64,000 nucleotides of DNA, taken from positions 96,001-160,000 of the forward strand of contig CBDCCS010000010.1 in NCBI GenBank assembly GCA_965214935.1, given 5' to 3'. The notes under the pieces were generated by a model. It was not told where the DNA came from and did no database searches. It was given only the letters and a program-made list of their open reading frames with translations. Each line of letters opens with the position of its first letter. Within the stretch, counting starts at the first letter, position 1. Of the stretch, positions 8,863 through 17,305 are shown piece after piece. A program made the translations under genes and the position numbers. The stretch comes from Candidatus Velthaea sp. (GTDB lineage Bacteria; Vulcanimicrobiota; Vulcanimicrobiia; Vulcanimicrobiales; Vulcanimicrobiaceae).

Positions 8863-11679
8863 TTATACCGGTGCCGGCTCGCGCAGAACGAAGCCGGGCG
8901 GAAGTGCTTCGCCGAAGCTGCCCGCGCGTTCGGCGCGCTGCATCGGCAGGTACTGCTTCAACGCGGCGAGCTTCGCCGGCGGCACGCCGGAATGCTCGAG
9001 CTTGTCGCTAATGCGGTTCCGCAGCGAGCGCGCAAGGTCGACGCTGCGATTGTCGACGATGCGCGCCGCTCGCAGAAACAGCGTCTGAAGTTCGCGCCGG
9101 CGCGGTCCATCCCAATCGAAGTTCGCGAGGCGCTCGAACGTGCGCGCAACGCAGTCCGCCGGAACGATTGCTTCCGGACCGGCGTACAGCGGCGAGCGAT
9201 TGAGTAAGTAGCCGAGCGCCGTGAGAAAATGTGCGTTATGTTTGCGCTCTCGTTCGAGCACTGCGGCCGCTTCGCTGAAGCGCTCGATCAGCTCCGTTTT
9301 TTGGGCTAGCCCGATGCGCTCGAGCGAGCCGGCCAGCAGCACGAGTTCAGGCGCCGCTCGGTTATCACGAAGCTGCGCGCGTTCGGGCTCCAGCACGCGT
9401 TCTTGACGTTCGGCGGACAATCCGCCGGCGACCCGACGCCAGAGGACGTAGCGCTGCACGGCGACACTTTGCGCGCTGAAAAAACCCGTGTCGTGCAGCG
9501 TCCAAAGCCGGTCGATTCGAGCGTCGTCCTGCGCAGCACCGAAGCCCGGCCGCAAAAAAAAGCCGGCCAGGATGAGCCACGCTTCCTCATGTTCGACCGA
9601 CCGCTCGCAGTCGGGCATGCATGCAGCTAAGGTCGCCCAAAGCGAGCGAACCAGGACGATATTCCATTCACTTTTCGGAAGCTGCACGATCGTTTCGATA
9701 CTCTTCAAGAGCCGCGTCGCGCGCAAGCGATCGCGGCTGTTGAGCGGTTGCCCGAATAGCTGCGTGATTCGCGCTTGCGCCGACTCGAGTGCTCGCAGTG
9801 CAACATTCGGACCCCGAACGGCCGCTGTGCCCCCGCCATCCGCTCGTCGAACGCCGTTCGCCGAACCATCGCCGGTTCGAAGATCGAAGGCCAGCGGCCA
9901 TCGTGCCGGATACTTCGGATCGGTACTTACGCACGCGATTTCCAGCCGGCCGAGTTCGCTCGATCGGGCCGTCAAACGAATGGGAATCGTCGCGTCGACG
10001 GCTTCGCCGCTCGACTGTCCGCGGGGCGCGGCGTCGGGCGGAATCGGCGCGTCGATCGACGTTTCGAGCGCGGGCAGCAACCGAAAGTCGCGCTCGTTCC
10101 AAGGCACGATGTCGCCCGCGCGATCCGTCGTACGGCGGACCGATGCATACGTCTCGAAGCGCACGAGCCGGTTGATCCGCACTTCCAACGCGAGTTCGTC
10201 GATTGCGAATGTTTGCTCGGTTTGCGCACCGTGCGGAAGAACGCAAATGAGCGAACGCGCCGTACCTGCGCTGCCGCCGCGGGCGCTCGCCGCGTGCGCT
10301 TCGAGAAAGATCGCCTGCGCCGTACCGGCCTCGATGCGTTGCTCTTGCGCGTGCACGAGCCGGCCGAAGCGTGCCGCACCGCGTGCGACCGCGATCTCTG
10401 GTTCGATATTTTGAAGCACGGTCGGTAAGGCGCCCGATTGCCACGCGCCGATCTGCTCGCTGATGCGTTGCGCGATGCGTGGCGAAGACAGTACGCCGCC
10501 GTTGAAAAGCACGCCATCGACGGCCGGGCGTTCGTGCAAGAAGTCGGCCAGATGTCGCGTGATTGCGGGGTCACGCGCGTACGGCAGACCGAACTCGCGC
10601 AGACCCCCGGCGGCACGAAGTGGATATTCGTCTGCGCCGCAAGCGGGGAAAAAACCGTCGAGCACCAGCGCTTCGATCTCCGCGCGAGTTAGCTGCGCGG
10701 ATCGCGTCGTCGCGATGAGGCTCGATCCGCGGCCGGGGATTGCGACGCTGAACGCTTCGCCGGGCGGACCGTCCGTCGACAAAGCGGCTTCTTTCATATC
10801 GCGGCAACGCCCGACGACGAAGCCCCACTGCCGGCTCGACAATGCCTCGGCGTCGGGCAATTGTGACTCGAGCCGGTGAGCCAATGCCAAGTCCATGTTA
10901 TCGCCGCCGAGCAAAATATGCTCGCTGACGGCGATCCGTTGCATTCGGCCGTCCGTGCGACTCGTGCCGGCAGCGCTGAACAAACTGAAATCCGACGTGC
11001 CGCCGCCGACATCGACGACGAGAATGCAGCGTGCCGGGGCTTCGTGCAATTCGAGCCAGCGATACAGCGCGGCCTGCGGTTCTTCGAGCAGCCGCACCGT
11101 GTTCGGATAGCCGGCGGCGCGCGCCGCTTGCAGCGTGAGATCTTGCGCGGCCGCGTCGAACGACGCGGGCACCGTAATGGTGATCGCTTGGCGGTCGAAC
11201 GTCGCATCGTCACCGTCCGCTGAAAACCGATCGTTCCAAGCTTCGCGCAGGTGGTGCAAAATAAGTGCGGAGGCGGCGACGGGCGATAGCTTATCGTCAC
11301 GCTCGACTTCGTCGGAACCCCAGGGTAAGAAGCGGGCCGAGCGATCGGCGCTATGCTGTGTCAACCACGACTTTGCCGAGTGGACGACGCGGCCCGGGAT
11401 GTCGGCTGCTTTGTCGCGCGCGAAACGCCCGACAACCCACCGTTCGTCGATCTGCAGCGCTGCATCAACACTTGACGTTTCGGCCGGTCCGGCGGCTTCG
11501 GGCAAAAACAAAAACGACGGCAGCGACGCCGCCTCTTCAATCGCGATGGCCGATGCTAATTGCGGAATGGCAAAGACCTGCGAAGCAACATCGCCGGTCA
11601 GCGGCACGAACGCGAGCACCGTATTCGTGGTGCCTAGATCGATGCCGATGCTGTAATGCGCGAGTGCCGGTATCGTCAA
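8863..11679 (-). CDS. Atypical Hsp70 family protein with long C-terminal domain (DUF3731-like)
   Basis: GIDLGTTN, TVPASFD, EEPQAA, DVGGGTSDFS, GGDNMD; C-terminal LAGFFLRPGFG, LWRRVAGGL, FGEALPPG. Confidence 0.87.
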   Translation of the reverse strand: MTIPALAHYSIGIDLGTTNTVLAFVPLTGDVASQVFAIPQLASAIAIEEAASLPSFLFLPEAAGPAETSSVDAALQIDERWVVGRFARDKAADIPGRVVHSAKSWLTQHSADRSARFLPWGSDEVERDDKLSPVAASALILHHLREAWNDRFSADGDDATFDRQAITITVPASFDAAAQDLTLQAARAAGYPNTVRLLEEPQAALYRWLELHEAPARCILVVDVGGGTSDFSLFSAAGTSRTDGRMQRIAVSEHILLGGDNMDLALAHRLESQLPDAEALSSRQWGFVVGRCRDMKEAALSTDGPPGEAFSVAIPGRGSSLIATTRSAQLTRAEIEALVLDGFFPACGADEYPLRAAGGLREFGLPYARDPAITRHLADFLHERPAVDGVLFNGGVLSSPRIAQRISEQIGAWQSGALPTVLQNIEPEIAVARGAARFGRLVHAQEQRIEAGTAQAIFLEAHAASARGGSAGTARSLICVLPHGAQTEQTFAIDELALEVRINRLVRFETYASVRRTTDRAGDIVPWNERDFRLLPALETSIDAPIPPDAAPRGQSSGEAVDATIPIRLTARSSELGRLEIACVSTDPKYPARWPLAFDLRTGDGSANGVRRADGGGTAAVRGPNVALRALESAQARITQLFGQPLNSRDRLRATRLLKSIETIVQLPKSEWNIVLVRSLWATLAACMPDCERSVEHEEAWLILAGFFLRPGFGAAQDDARIDRLWTLHDTGFFSAQSVAVQRYVLWRRVAGGLSAERQERVLEPERAQLRDNRAAPELVLLAGSLERIGLAQKTELIERFSEAAAVLERERKHNAHFLTALGYLLNRSPLYAGPEAIVPADCVARTFERLANFDWDGPRRRELQTLFLRAARIVDNRSVDLARSLRNRISDKLEHSGVPPAKLAALKQYLPMQRAERAGSFGEALPPGFVLREPAPV

Positions 11680-11733
11680 GAGTCGTCGGCCTTCATCAAA
11701 ATGATAAGGAACGGTTCGCTCGCGCGCCGGCTT

Positions 11734-13572
11734 TCACTCGGTGCGGACGGCGAATTCGACTTTCCAGCGCTGTTCGGAACTCACGTGTTGCATCCACAGT
11801 TCGAGCGTACCGAGTTCGGTCACCAGCGCGTTGAGCTGCACCGGCACGGCTTGGCCGTCGGGAAAACCGTCGGCGGCCGGCAATGCGACTTCGAGTTTGG
11901 ATGATTCGTCGAGTTCCCGTTCAGCGTTCGGTAAAATCTGACCCGGCGTGTCACCGCTGCGTGTCTCCGAGGAAAAGAAGCGAAAATCTGCGGCCCGGCC
12001 GGTCACTAAGCCGAACTCGCGCCCCGAGACGAGCGTTTGCGAGCCTTCTTCCATGCCTTGCGGAACGACGCACAAGGCCTTGACGCGCGGCGCGATGCCC
12101 GGCACGGCGGGCATCGACGATTCGAGTCCGATGTAATACGAACGCGCCGTACCGGCCTTGATCCGCACGCCCTTGCCGGCCGTACGATTGCGGCCGTACA
12201 AAGCGGCGCCTTTGGCAACCGCGAGATCGAGCTGTGCACCCTGCAACTCACGCACCGGTTCGCCCGCCGACCAGGCGAGCAAAACATCGCAGACGCGTTT
12301 GCGCAACGCACCGGCGTTGAAGACGCCCCCGTTGAACAGCACGGCTGTCGGTGCAAGATACGTCGGCGCGTCGGCGCGTGCTCCGGCGAGACGTGTCAGC
12401 GACTCACTTGCTTTGATATTTGCCAGGCTGCGTGTTAAAAAGCGTGCGAGATGCTTGCTGACGGCAGCATCGGACGCGTACGGCAGACCAAACTCGCGCA
12501 ATCCCGAGTTGCGGCCTTGGGCCGGCAGATCGCGTACGTCGCTGAGTGGAAAAAAACCATCGAGCACGATGCGCTCGAGTGTGGCCCGGGAAAGTTGTGT
12601 CGATACCGTTCGGGCGAACAGGCTCGATCCGCGCGACGGCACCGCGATCGGTACTTCAGCCAGCGTTGCGTCGTTGAACAGGCGAATCTTCGCATCGGCG
12701 GCCGCGTGGACGAGCGCAAGCAGTTGCCAATCATCGACGGACGTTCCAGCCGCTTCTAGTTGTTCGGCGAGCAGATAGGCAAGCGCGAGATCCATGTTGT
12801 CGCCGCCGAGCAAAATATGCTCGCCGACGCTGATGCGTTCGAGCGCCAGATCTCCGCCGTCTTCGCTCACCGCAATCAAGCTAAAGTCAGCCGTCCCGCC
12901 GCCGACATCGCAAACCAGAACGATGTCACCGGCAGCGACCTGCGATCGCCAGTCTTTTGCGGCTTGCGAAATCCAGGCGTAAAAAGCGGCCTGCGGCTCT
13001 TCAAGCAACGTTACGTTGCCGAGGCCGGCCGAGACCGCGGCTTGCGCCGTGAGGTCACGTGCAACTTCGTCGAACGAGGCCGGAACGGCTACCACGATGG
13101 TCCCATCCGCAAGATCGCGCGCGCGTCCTTGCATCCGCTCGGCGAAGAGAAAGCCGGCGCGTAAATGCTCGAGATAGCGGCTTGATGTTTCGAGTGCCGA
13201 GCGTTTATCCGGCACGTCGGAGTTCCACGGCAATGTCTTCCGCCGCGCATCGATGTGCGGATTCGATAGCCATGACTTCGCCGATGTAATGACCCGATCG
13301 GGTACGAGCGCGCCGTGATCGCGGGCGAAGAGTCCGGCGACCGCCGTATCATCGGCATCCGTCTGCCATGGCAGGCGCAACGCATTCGCTGGGAACTCGT
13401 CGGAGTGCGGAATGTAAAGCGCCGAGGGCAAGGTCGGGCGTTCGCCGATGTGGTTCGGACCGAGAATTTGCGTGATGCCGACGATCTCGGTGCGATCGTT
13501 CTCGAGGTCGGTTACCGCGATCGCGCTATTGGTCGTTCCGAGATCGATACCGAGGCTAAATGCTTTACTCAT
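11734..13572 (-). CDS. Atypical Hsp70 family protein
   Basis: GIDLGTTNS, VPASFD, EEPQAAFY, DVGGGTADFS, GGDNMD; ends TELGTLELW...WKVEFAVR with no helical lid. Confidence 0.88.
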   Translation of the reverse strand: MSKAFSLGIDLGTTNSAIAVTDLENDRTEIVGITQILGPNHIGERPTLPSALYIPHSDEFPANALRLPWQTDADDTAVAGLFARDHGALVPDRVITSAKSWLSNPHIDARRKTLPWNSDVPDKRSALETSSRYLEHLRAGFLFAERMQGRARDLADGTIVVAVPASFDEVARDLTAQAAVSAGLGNVTLLEEPQAAFYAWISQAAKDWRSQVAAGDIVLVCDVGGGTADFSLIAVSEDGGDLALERISVGEHILLGGDNMDLALAYLLAEQLEAAGTSVDDWQLLALVHAAADAKIRLFNDATLAEVPIAVPSRGSSLFARTVSTQLSRATLERIVLDGFFPLSDVRDLPAQGRNSGLREFGLPYASDAAVSKHLARFLTRSLANIKASESLTRLAGARADAPTYLAPTAVLFNGGVFNAGALRKRVCDVLLAWSAGEPVRELQGAQLDLAVAKGAALYGRNRTAGKGVRIKAGTARSYYIGLESSMPAVPGIAPRVKALCVVPQGMEEGSQTLVSGREFGLVTGRAADFRFFSSETRSGDTPGQILPNAERELDESSKLEVALPAADGFPDGQAVPVQLNALVTELGTLELWMQHVSSEQRWKVEFAVRTE

Positions 13573-13582
13573 GCGGGCGCAC

Positions 13583-14185
13583 TTAGCGCAACTCTACCTC
13601 GGCGGGTGCGATCGTCGGCAATTGCCGTTCTGCTGTTAAAATGCGTGGGAGCGTCACCTCGCCGGCCTTCCATCCGCGATGCATCAGGGTGCCGGAAAAT
13701 GGGGCTTGTCCGCTGATTTTTCCGACGAACCGGTACTCGTCCGCTGCGTATCCCGCTGCGACGGTGACGCGCGAGCCTTCGTTCTCAGCGCGCACCGGCA
13801 CGATCTCAACGTACTCGTGCAAAACGCTTTTGCAGCCCTGATGAACGACCCGCGCGGCAGCGCCGACCTGTGCATCGGTATAGCCGCTGATGTCGTCTTG
13901 CAGAAAATCGACGAGCCGGCCTCGTTCTTGCAGAATCGCGAGGAAACCAATAAGCTCCGCCTCGCGCGCAACCGCGGGCGAGGCGAGCCGCTGCGTTACG
14001 GGTGCCGAGACGCTCGGCGCCGTGCGCTCCCGGCTCCAAGCAATGATGTCCAAGGCCAGCACGCTGAGTGCACCGATCAACGCGACGACCGACCAGCTTG
14101 AATGGGACCCGCCCGCCGCCGGTATCAGCGTCAGCGCAACAAGCACGACTGACGCGCCGGCGAGGGCGATCGTGATGACTCTCAT
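13583..14185 (-). CDS. DUF2760 domain membrane protein
   Basis: Two N-terminal hydrophobic helices; LQERGRLVDFL, VGAAARVVHQGC, PFSGTLMHRGW, IAPAEVEL; start ATG 14185. Confidence 0.85.
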   Translation of the reverse strand: MRVITIALAGASVVLVALTLIPAAGGSHSSWSVVALIGALSVLALDIIAWSRERTAPSVSAPVTQRLASPAVAREAELIGFLAILQERGRLVDFLQDDISGYTDAQVGAAARVVHQGCKSVLHEYVEIVPVRAENEGSRVTVAAGYAADEYRFVGKISGQAPFSGTLMHRGWKAGEVTLPRILTAERQLPTIAPAEVELR

Positions 14186-14360
14186 AAGCTCCCCGGCATT
14201 CGGTTTGCGCGCCGGTACAGGTGCGCCGAAATCGAACACAGGGACCGGACGTTCAGACAAGTTTGCCGTGCGGCCGGCGGCGACCCGCCCGGTCTCCGGC
14301 GCGCCGCGCAACCGCCGGCGCACCCTCCCGTTCTAAGCCGCAGATGGGAACACTAACGTC

Positions 14361-14882
14361 ATGAACACAACATCTCAACGCGCGATTCTGGCCGGCGGCT
14401 GTTTCTGGGGCGTGCAAGACTTGCTGCGCCGATATCCGGGCGTTCTTTCGACGCGTGTCGGCTATTCGGGCGGCGACGTTCCAAACGCCACGTACCGCAA
14501 GCACGGGACGCATGCCGAGTCGATCGAGATCGTGTTCGATCCGGCTAAGATCGGCTATCGCAGCCTGCTCGAGTACTTCTTTCAGATTCACGATCCGACG
14601 ACGCGCAACCGTCAAGGCAACGATCGTGGACTCAGCTATCGCTCCGCGATCTTTTACACCACGGACGAACAGCAGCGCATAGCGCACGATACGATTGCCG
14701 ACGTCGAGGCGTCGGGCTTGTGGCCGGGGCCCGTCGTCACCGAAGTTGCCCCGGCCGGCGACTTTTGGGAAGCGGAGCCCGAACACCAAGATTATCTCGA
14801 ACGCGTTCCCGGCGGCTATACCTGTCACTTCATCCGGCCCGGCTGGAAGTTACCGGTGCGAACGACGGCCGGTACCCCGTAG
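14361..14882 (+). CDS. msrA: Peptide methionine sulfoxide reductase A
   Basis: [31 protein letters not shown]. Confidence 0.96.
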   Translation: MNTTSQRAILAGGCFWGVQDLLRRYPGVLSTRVGYSGGDVPNATYRKHGTHAESIEIVFDPAKIGYRSLLEYFFQIHDPTTRNRQGNDRGLSYRSAIFYTTDEQQRIAHDTIADVEASGLWPGPVVTEVAPAGDFWEAEPEHQDYLERVPGGYTCHFIRPGWKLPVRTTAGTP

Positions 14883-14919
14883 AGCAGGTTGCGGCGCTGC
14901 GATGCCCGAGAATAGCGCG

Positions 14920-15402
14920 ATGCGGATCGTGCGAAACATCGCCGCGTTCGTGGCGATTGCAGGTCTCTATCTTTGGTTCATCGCCGCGCCGTCGCGCGAT
15001 GAAGTCATTGCCGCGTGTGCCTGCTCGGCAATCGTAGTCGCGTTCATGCAACGCGTCACACGCGCCGTCGAGCGAGTGCCGAGCGCGCCGCCGGCCGGGC
15101 TTGCCGCCATCTTCATGCGCGTACCGCTGGCGGTTTTTCGCGAGTCGTTCGATGTACTTGGTCCGACCTTGTGGCGAGCGCTCGTCGGACGCGAACGCAT
15201 ACGCGGACGGTGGATTGCGCTACGTTACGAACCGGATAACGCCGCCGACGGCTACGGGCGGCGCGCGCTTGTTATTTTCGGATCGGGGATTACGCCCAAC
15301 GCATTCCCGCTCGCGGTCGACGGCGAACTCGGCCGGCTGTATTTGCATCAGCTGGTCGCTCGGCGTGAAGCGGCGGCCGGTCACCCGCGGTATCCGATTT
15401 GA
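14920..15402 (+). CDS. MrpE/MnhE-like antiporter subunit
   Basis: Two TM helices, then ITPN...LYLHQLV; first gene of the Mrp-like cluster (start 14902 or 14920). Confidence 0.65.
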   Translation: MRIVRNIAAFVAIAGLYLWFIAAPSRDEVIAACACSAIVVAFMQRVTRAVERVPSAPPAGLAAIFMRVPLAVFRESFDVLGPTLWRALVGRERIRGRWIALRYEPDNAADGYGRRALVIFGSGITPNAFPLAVDGELGRLYLHQLVARREAAAGHPRYPI

Positions 15403-15650
15403 GCGCCTGGACGATCGGGGCGCTCGCCGCAACGTTTGCGCTTGCACTTTGCGGGGTGGCGATCGTGCGCGGCGACGTCTCATCGCGGCTCGTCGCATTA
15501 CAGCTTGCGGGAACGATCGCCGCGGTCGACATGCTGCTTATCGCACAGAGTTTCGGCAATGCGAGCGTCATGGATGCAGCGCTCATGCTGGCGATTTTAT
15601 CGTACCCCGCCGGTTTGATTTACGCGCGCTTTTACGGGCGCTGGCTGTGA
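15399..15650 (+). CDS. MrpF/MnhF-like subunit
   Basis: 83 aa, 3 TM; RLVALQL, DAALMLAILS, YARF. Confidence 0.8.
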   Translation: MSAWTIGALAATFALALCGVAIVRGDVSSRLVALQLAGTIAAVDMLLIAQSFGNASVMDAALMLAILSYPAGLIYARFYGRWL

Positions 15651-16186
15651 TCGTGACGGCGGCTACCGACGTGTCGATTGCCTTGGGTGCCGTCGTCCTG
15701 TTATTGTGCGCGCTCGGGTTGTTGGCGATGCGCGACGCCGCCGATCAGTTGCATTACGTCGGGCCGGCGACAACGATCGCGCCGGCGTTCGTCGCACTGG
15801 CGGTCATCATCGAGGACGGCTTCACCTCGCAGGCAGCGCTGAAAGCCGCGAGCGTTGCCGTTGCGATCGTTGTTACGAGTCCGATTGTTTCGTTCGCGAC
15901 CTTGCGCGCGATTCGCACGCGCGAAACCGGAGCGCCGGCGGCTGCCGACGAGGCAATCCTTCAGCAATGGCGCTACAGCTTGCGCTGTACGCGCTGGTCG
16001 TCGCCGGCGCCGCCGCCGTCGTCTTTACGCGCGAGCCGCGGCTGCAGATTTTTATCTATTCTTTCTTCGGCTTCGCGCTTTCGCTGCTGTTTCTCGCCGA
16101 TCAGGCGCCCGACGTCGCGCTTTCCGAAATTGCGGTCGGATCCGCGGCCGTACCGCTCGTCGTGCTCGTTACGCTTTCACGTATGA
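15647..16186 (+). CDS. MrpG/MnhG-like subunit (expected end ~15970; reads on to 16186)
   Basis: GLLAMRDAADQLHY, TSPIVSFATLRA; GTG overlaps mrpF stop; no stop at the junction with the next gene. Confidence 0.72.
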   Translation: MIVTAATDVSIALGAVVLLLCALGLLAMRDAADQLHYVGPATTIAPAFVALAVIIEDGFTSQAALKAASVAVAIVVTSPIVSFATLRAIRTRETGAPAAADEAILQQWRYSLRCTRWSSPAPPPSSLRASRGCRFLSILSSASRFRCCFSPIRRPTSRFPKLRSDPRPYRSSCSLRFHV

Positions 16187-16200
16187 ACGAGCGTCGCTAA
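15967..16200 (+). CDS. DUF4040 (MrpB N-terminal-like) subunit
   Basis: QAPDVALSEIAVG signature; 3 TM. Confidence 0.82.
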   Translation: MALQLALYALVVAGAAAVVFTREPRLQIFIYSFFGFALSLLFLADQAPDVALSEIAVGSAAVPLVVLVTLSRMNERR

Positions 16201-16958
16201 TGCGCGCCGCCGGCCGCATTGTACCGGTGTTCCTCGTCGTTGCATTGGCGGCCGTGCTCGGCTCTGCCGTCCTGCGGCTGCCGTCGTTTGGTGAATCGCG
16301 CGGGTCTTACGAGCAGCGACGCGCGGTGCAAGCCGTGCAGTCCCGTCATGCAACGAATCTCGACGCCTTCGTCAATTTCGATCTGCGCGGTTTCGATACG
16401 CTCGGCGAGGAGTTTATCTTTCTCGTTGCCATCGCCGGGTTTTCGTTGCTGCTGCGCGAACGGCGCGGCGAGATTCAAGCGCAGGCGCGTGCCGCTGCCG
16501 ACGAACGCCGGCCACACGATCGGGAGCCGGTCGTGCGTATCGCAAGTTTGCTCTTCATTCCAGTTGCACTCATCTTCGGGTTGTACATCGTGATTCACGG
16601 GCAGCTTACGCCGGGCGGCGGTTTTCAGGGCGGTGTCGTCTTGGCAACCGCCGCACTCGGCGTATTCCTTGCAACCGGTTACGACGGCTACGAGCGTGTG
16701 TTTCCCAAATCGCCCGTCGAGGCGTATGAAACAATCGGCGGAATCGGGTATGTCGCGTTCGGTTTCGCGGGTCTGCTCGTCGCGGGCTCGTACATGCGTA
16801 ATATTCTACCGCTGAGCGTAACCGGTGCGCTTGTTTCGGGCGGCACGATCGATGCCCTCAACGGTGTGGTGGGCATTGCAATCTCGGGCGGCTTTATCGT
16901 TCTGTTCTCCGAGTTCATCAAAGAGACGCGCGCCGCCGGGCAAGACGATACATCGTGA
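16200..16958 (+). CDS. MrpB/MnhB subunit
   Basis: FDLRGFDTLGEE, HGQLTPGGGFQGG. Confidence 0.88.
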   Translation: MRAAGRIVPVFLVVALAAVLGSAVLRLPSFGESRGSYEQRRAVQAVQSRHATNLDAFVNFDLRGFDTLGEEFIFLVAIAGFSLLLRERRGEIQAQARAAADERRPHDREPVVRIASLLFIPVALIFGLYIVIHGQLTPGGGFQGGVVLATAALGVFLATGYDGYERVFPKSPVEAYETIGGIGYVAFGFAGLLVAGSYMRNILPLSVTGALVSGGTIDALNGVVGIAISGGFIVLFSEFIKETRAAGQDDTS

Positions 16959-17305
16959 CGGCACTGCCGTATCTCGCTGCTGTGGCGGTATTTGCCCTCG
17001 GGCTTTACGGCACGATGACCAGCCGGCACGTCGTGCATCAAATTCTCTGCATCTCGGTGGCGCAATCGGCGACGTACATCTTGGTGCTGGCCATCGGGTT
17101 TCGGCATGGTGCCGGGCCACCGATCTTTCTCTCGGCTCCGCCCAGTAAAGCGACCGGTGTCGATCCGATCGCGCAAGCCTTGGCGCTTACCGACGTTGTG
17201 GTGAGTGCCGCTACGACGGCGCTGTTGCTGGCGATTGCGTTGCGCGTCCATGAAAGCGGCGGCACCGTCGAACCGGCACAGCAGCGAGCCGATCAACGGG
17301 CGTGA
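16955..17305 (+). CDS. MrpC/MnhC subunit
   Basis: GLYG, DPIAQALALTDVVV, TALLLA. Confidence 0.88.
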   Translation: MTALPYLAAVAVFALGLYGTMTSRHVVHQILCISVAQSATYILVLAIGFRHGAGPPIFLSAPPSKATGVDPIAQALALTDVVVSAATTALLLAIALRVHESGGTVEPAQQRADQRA

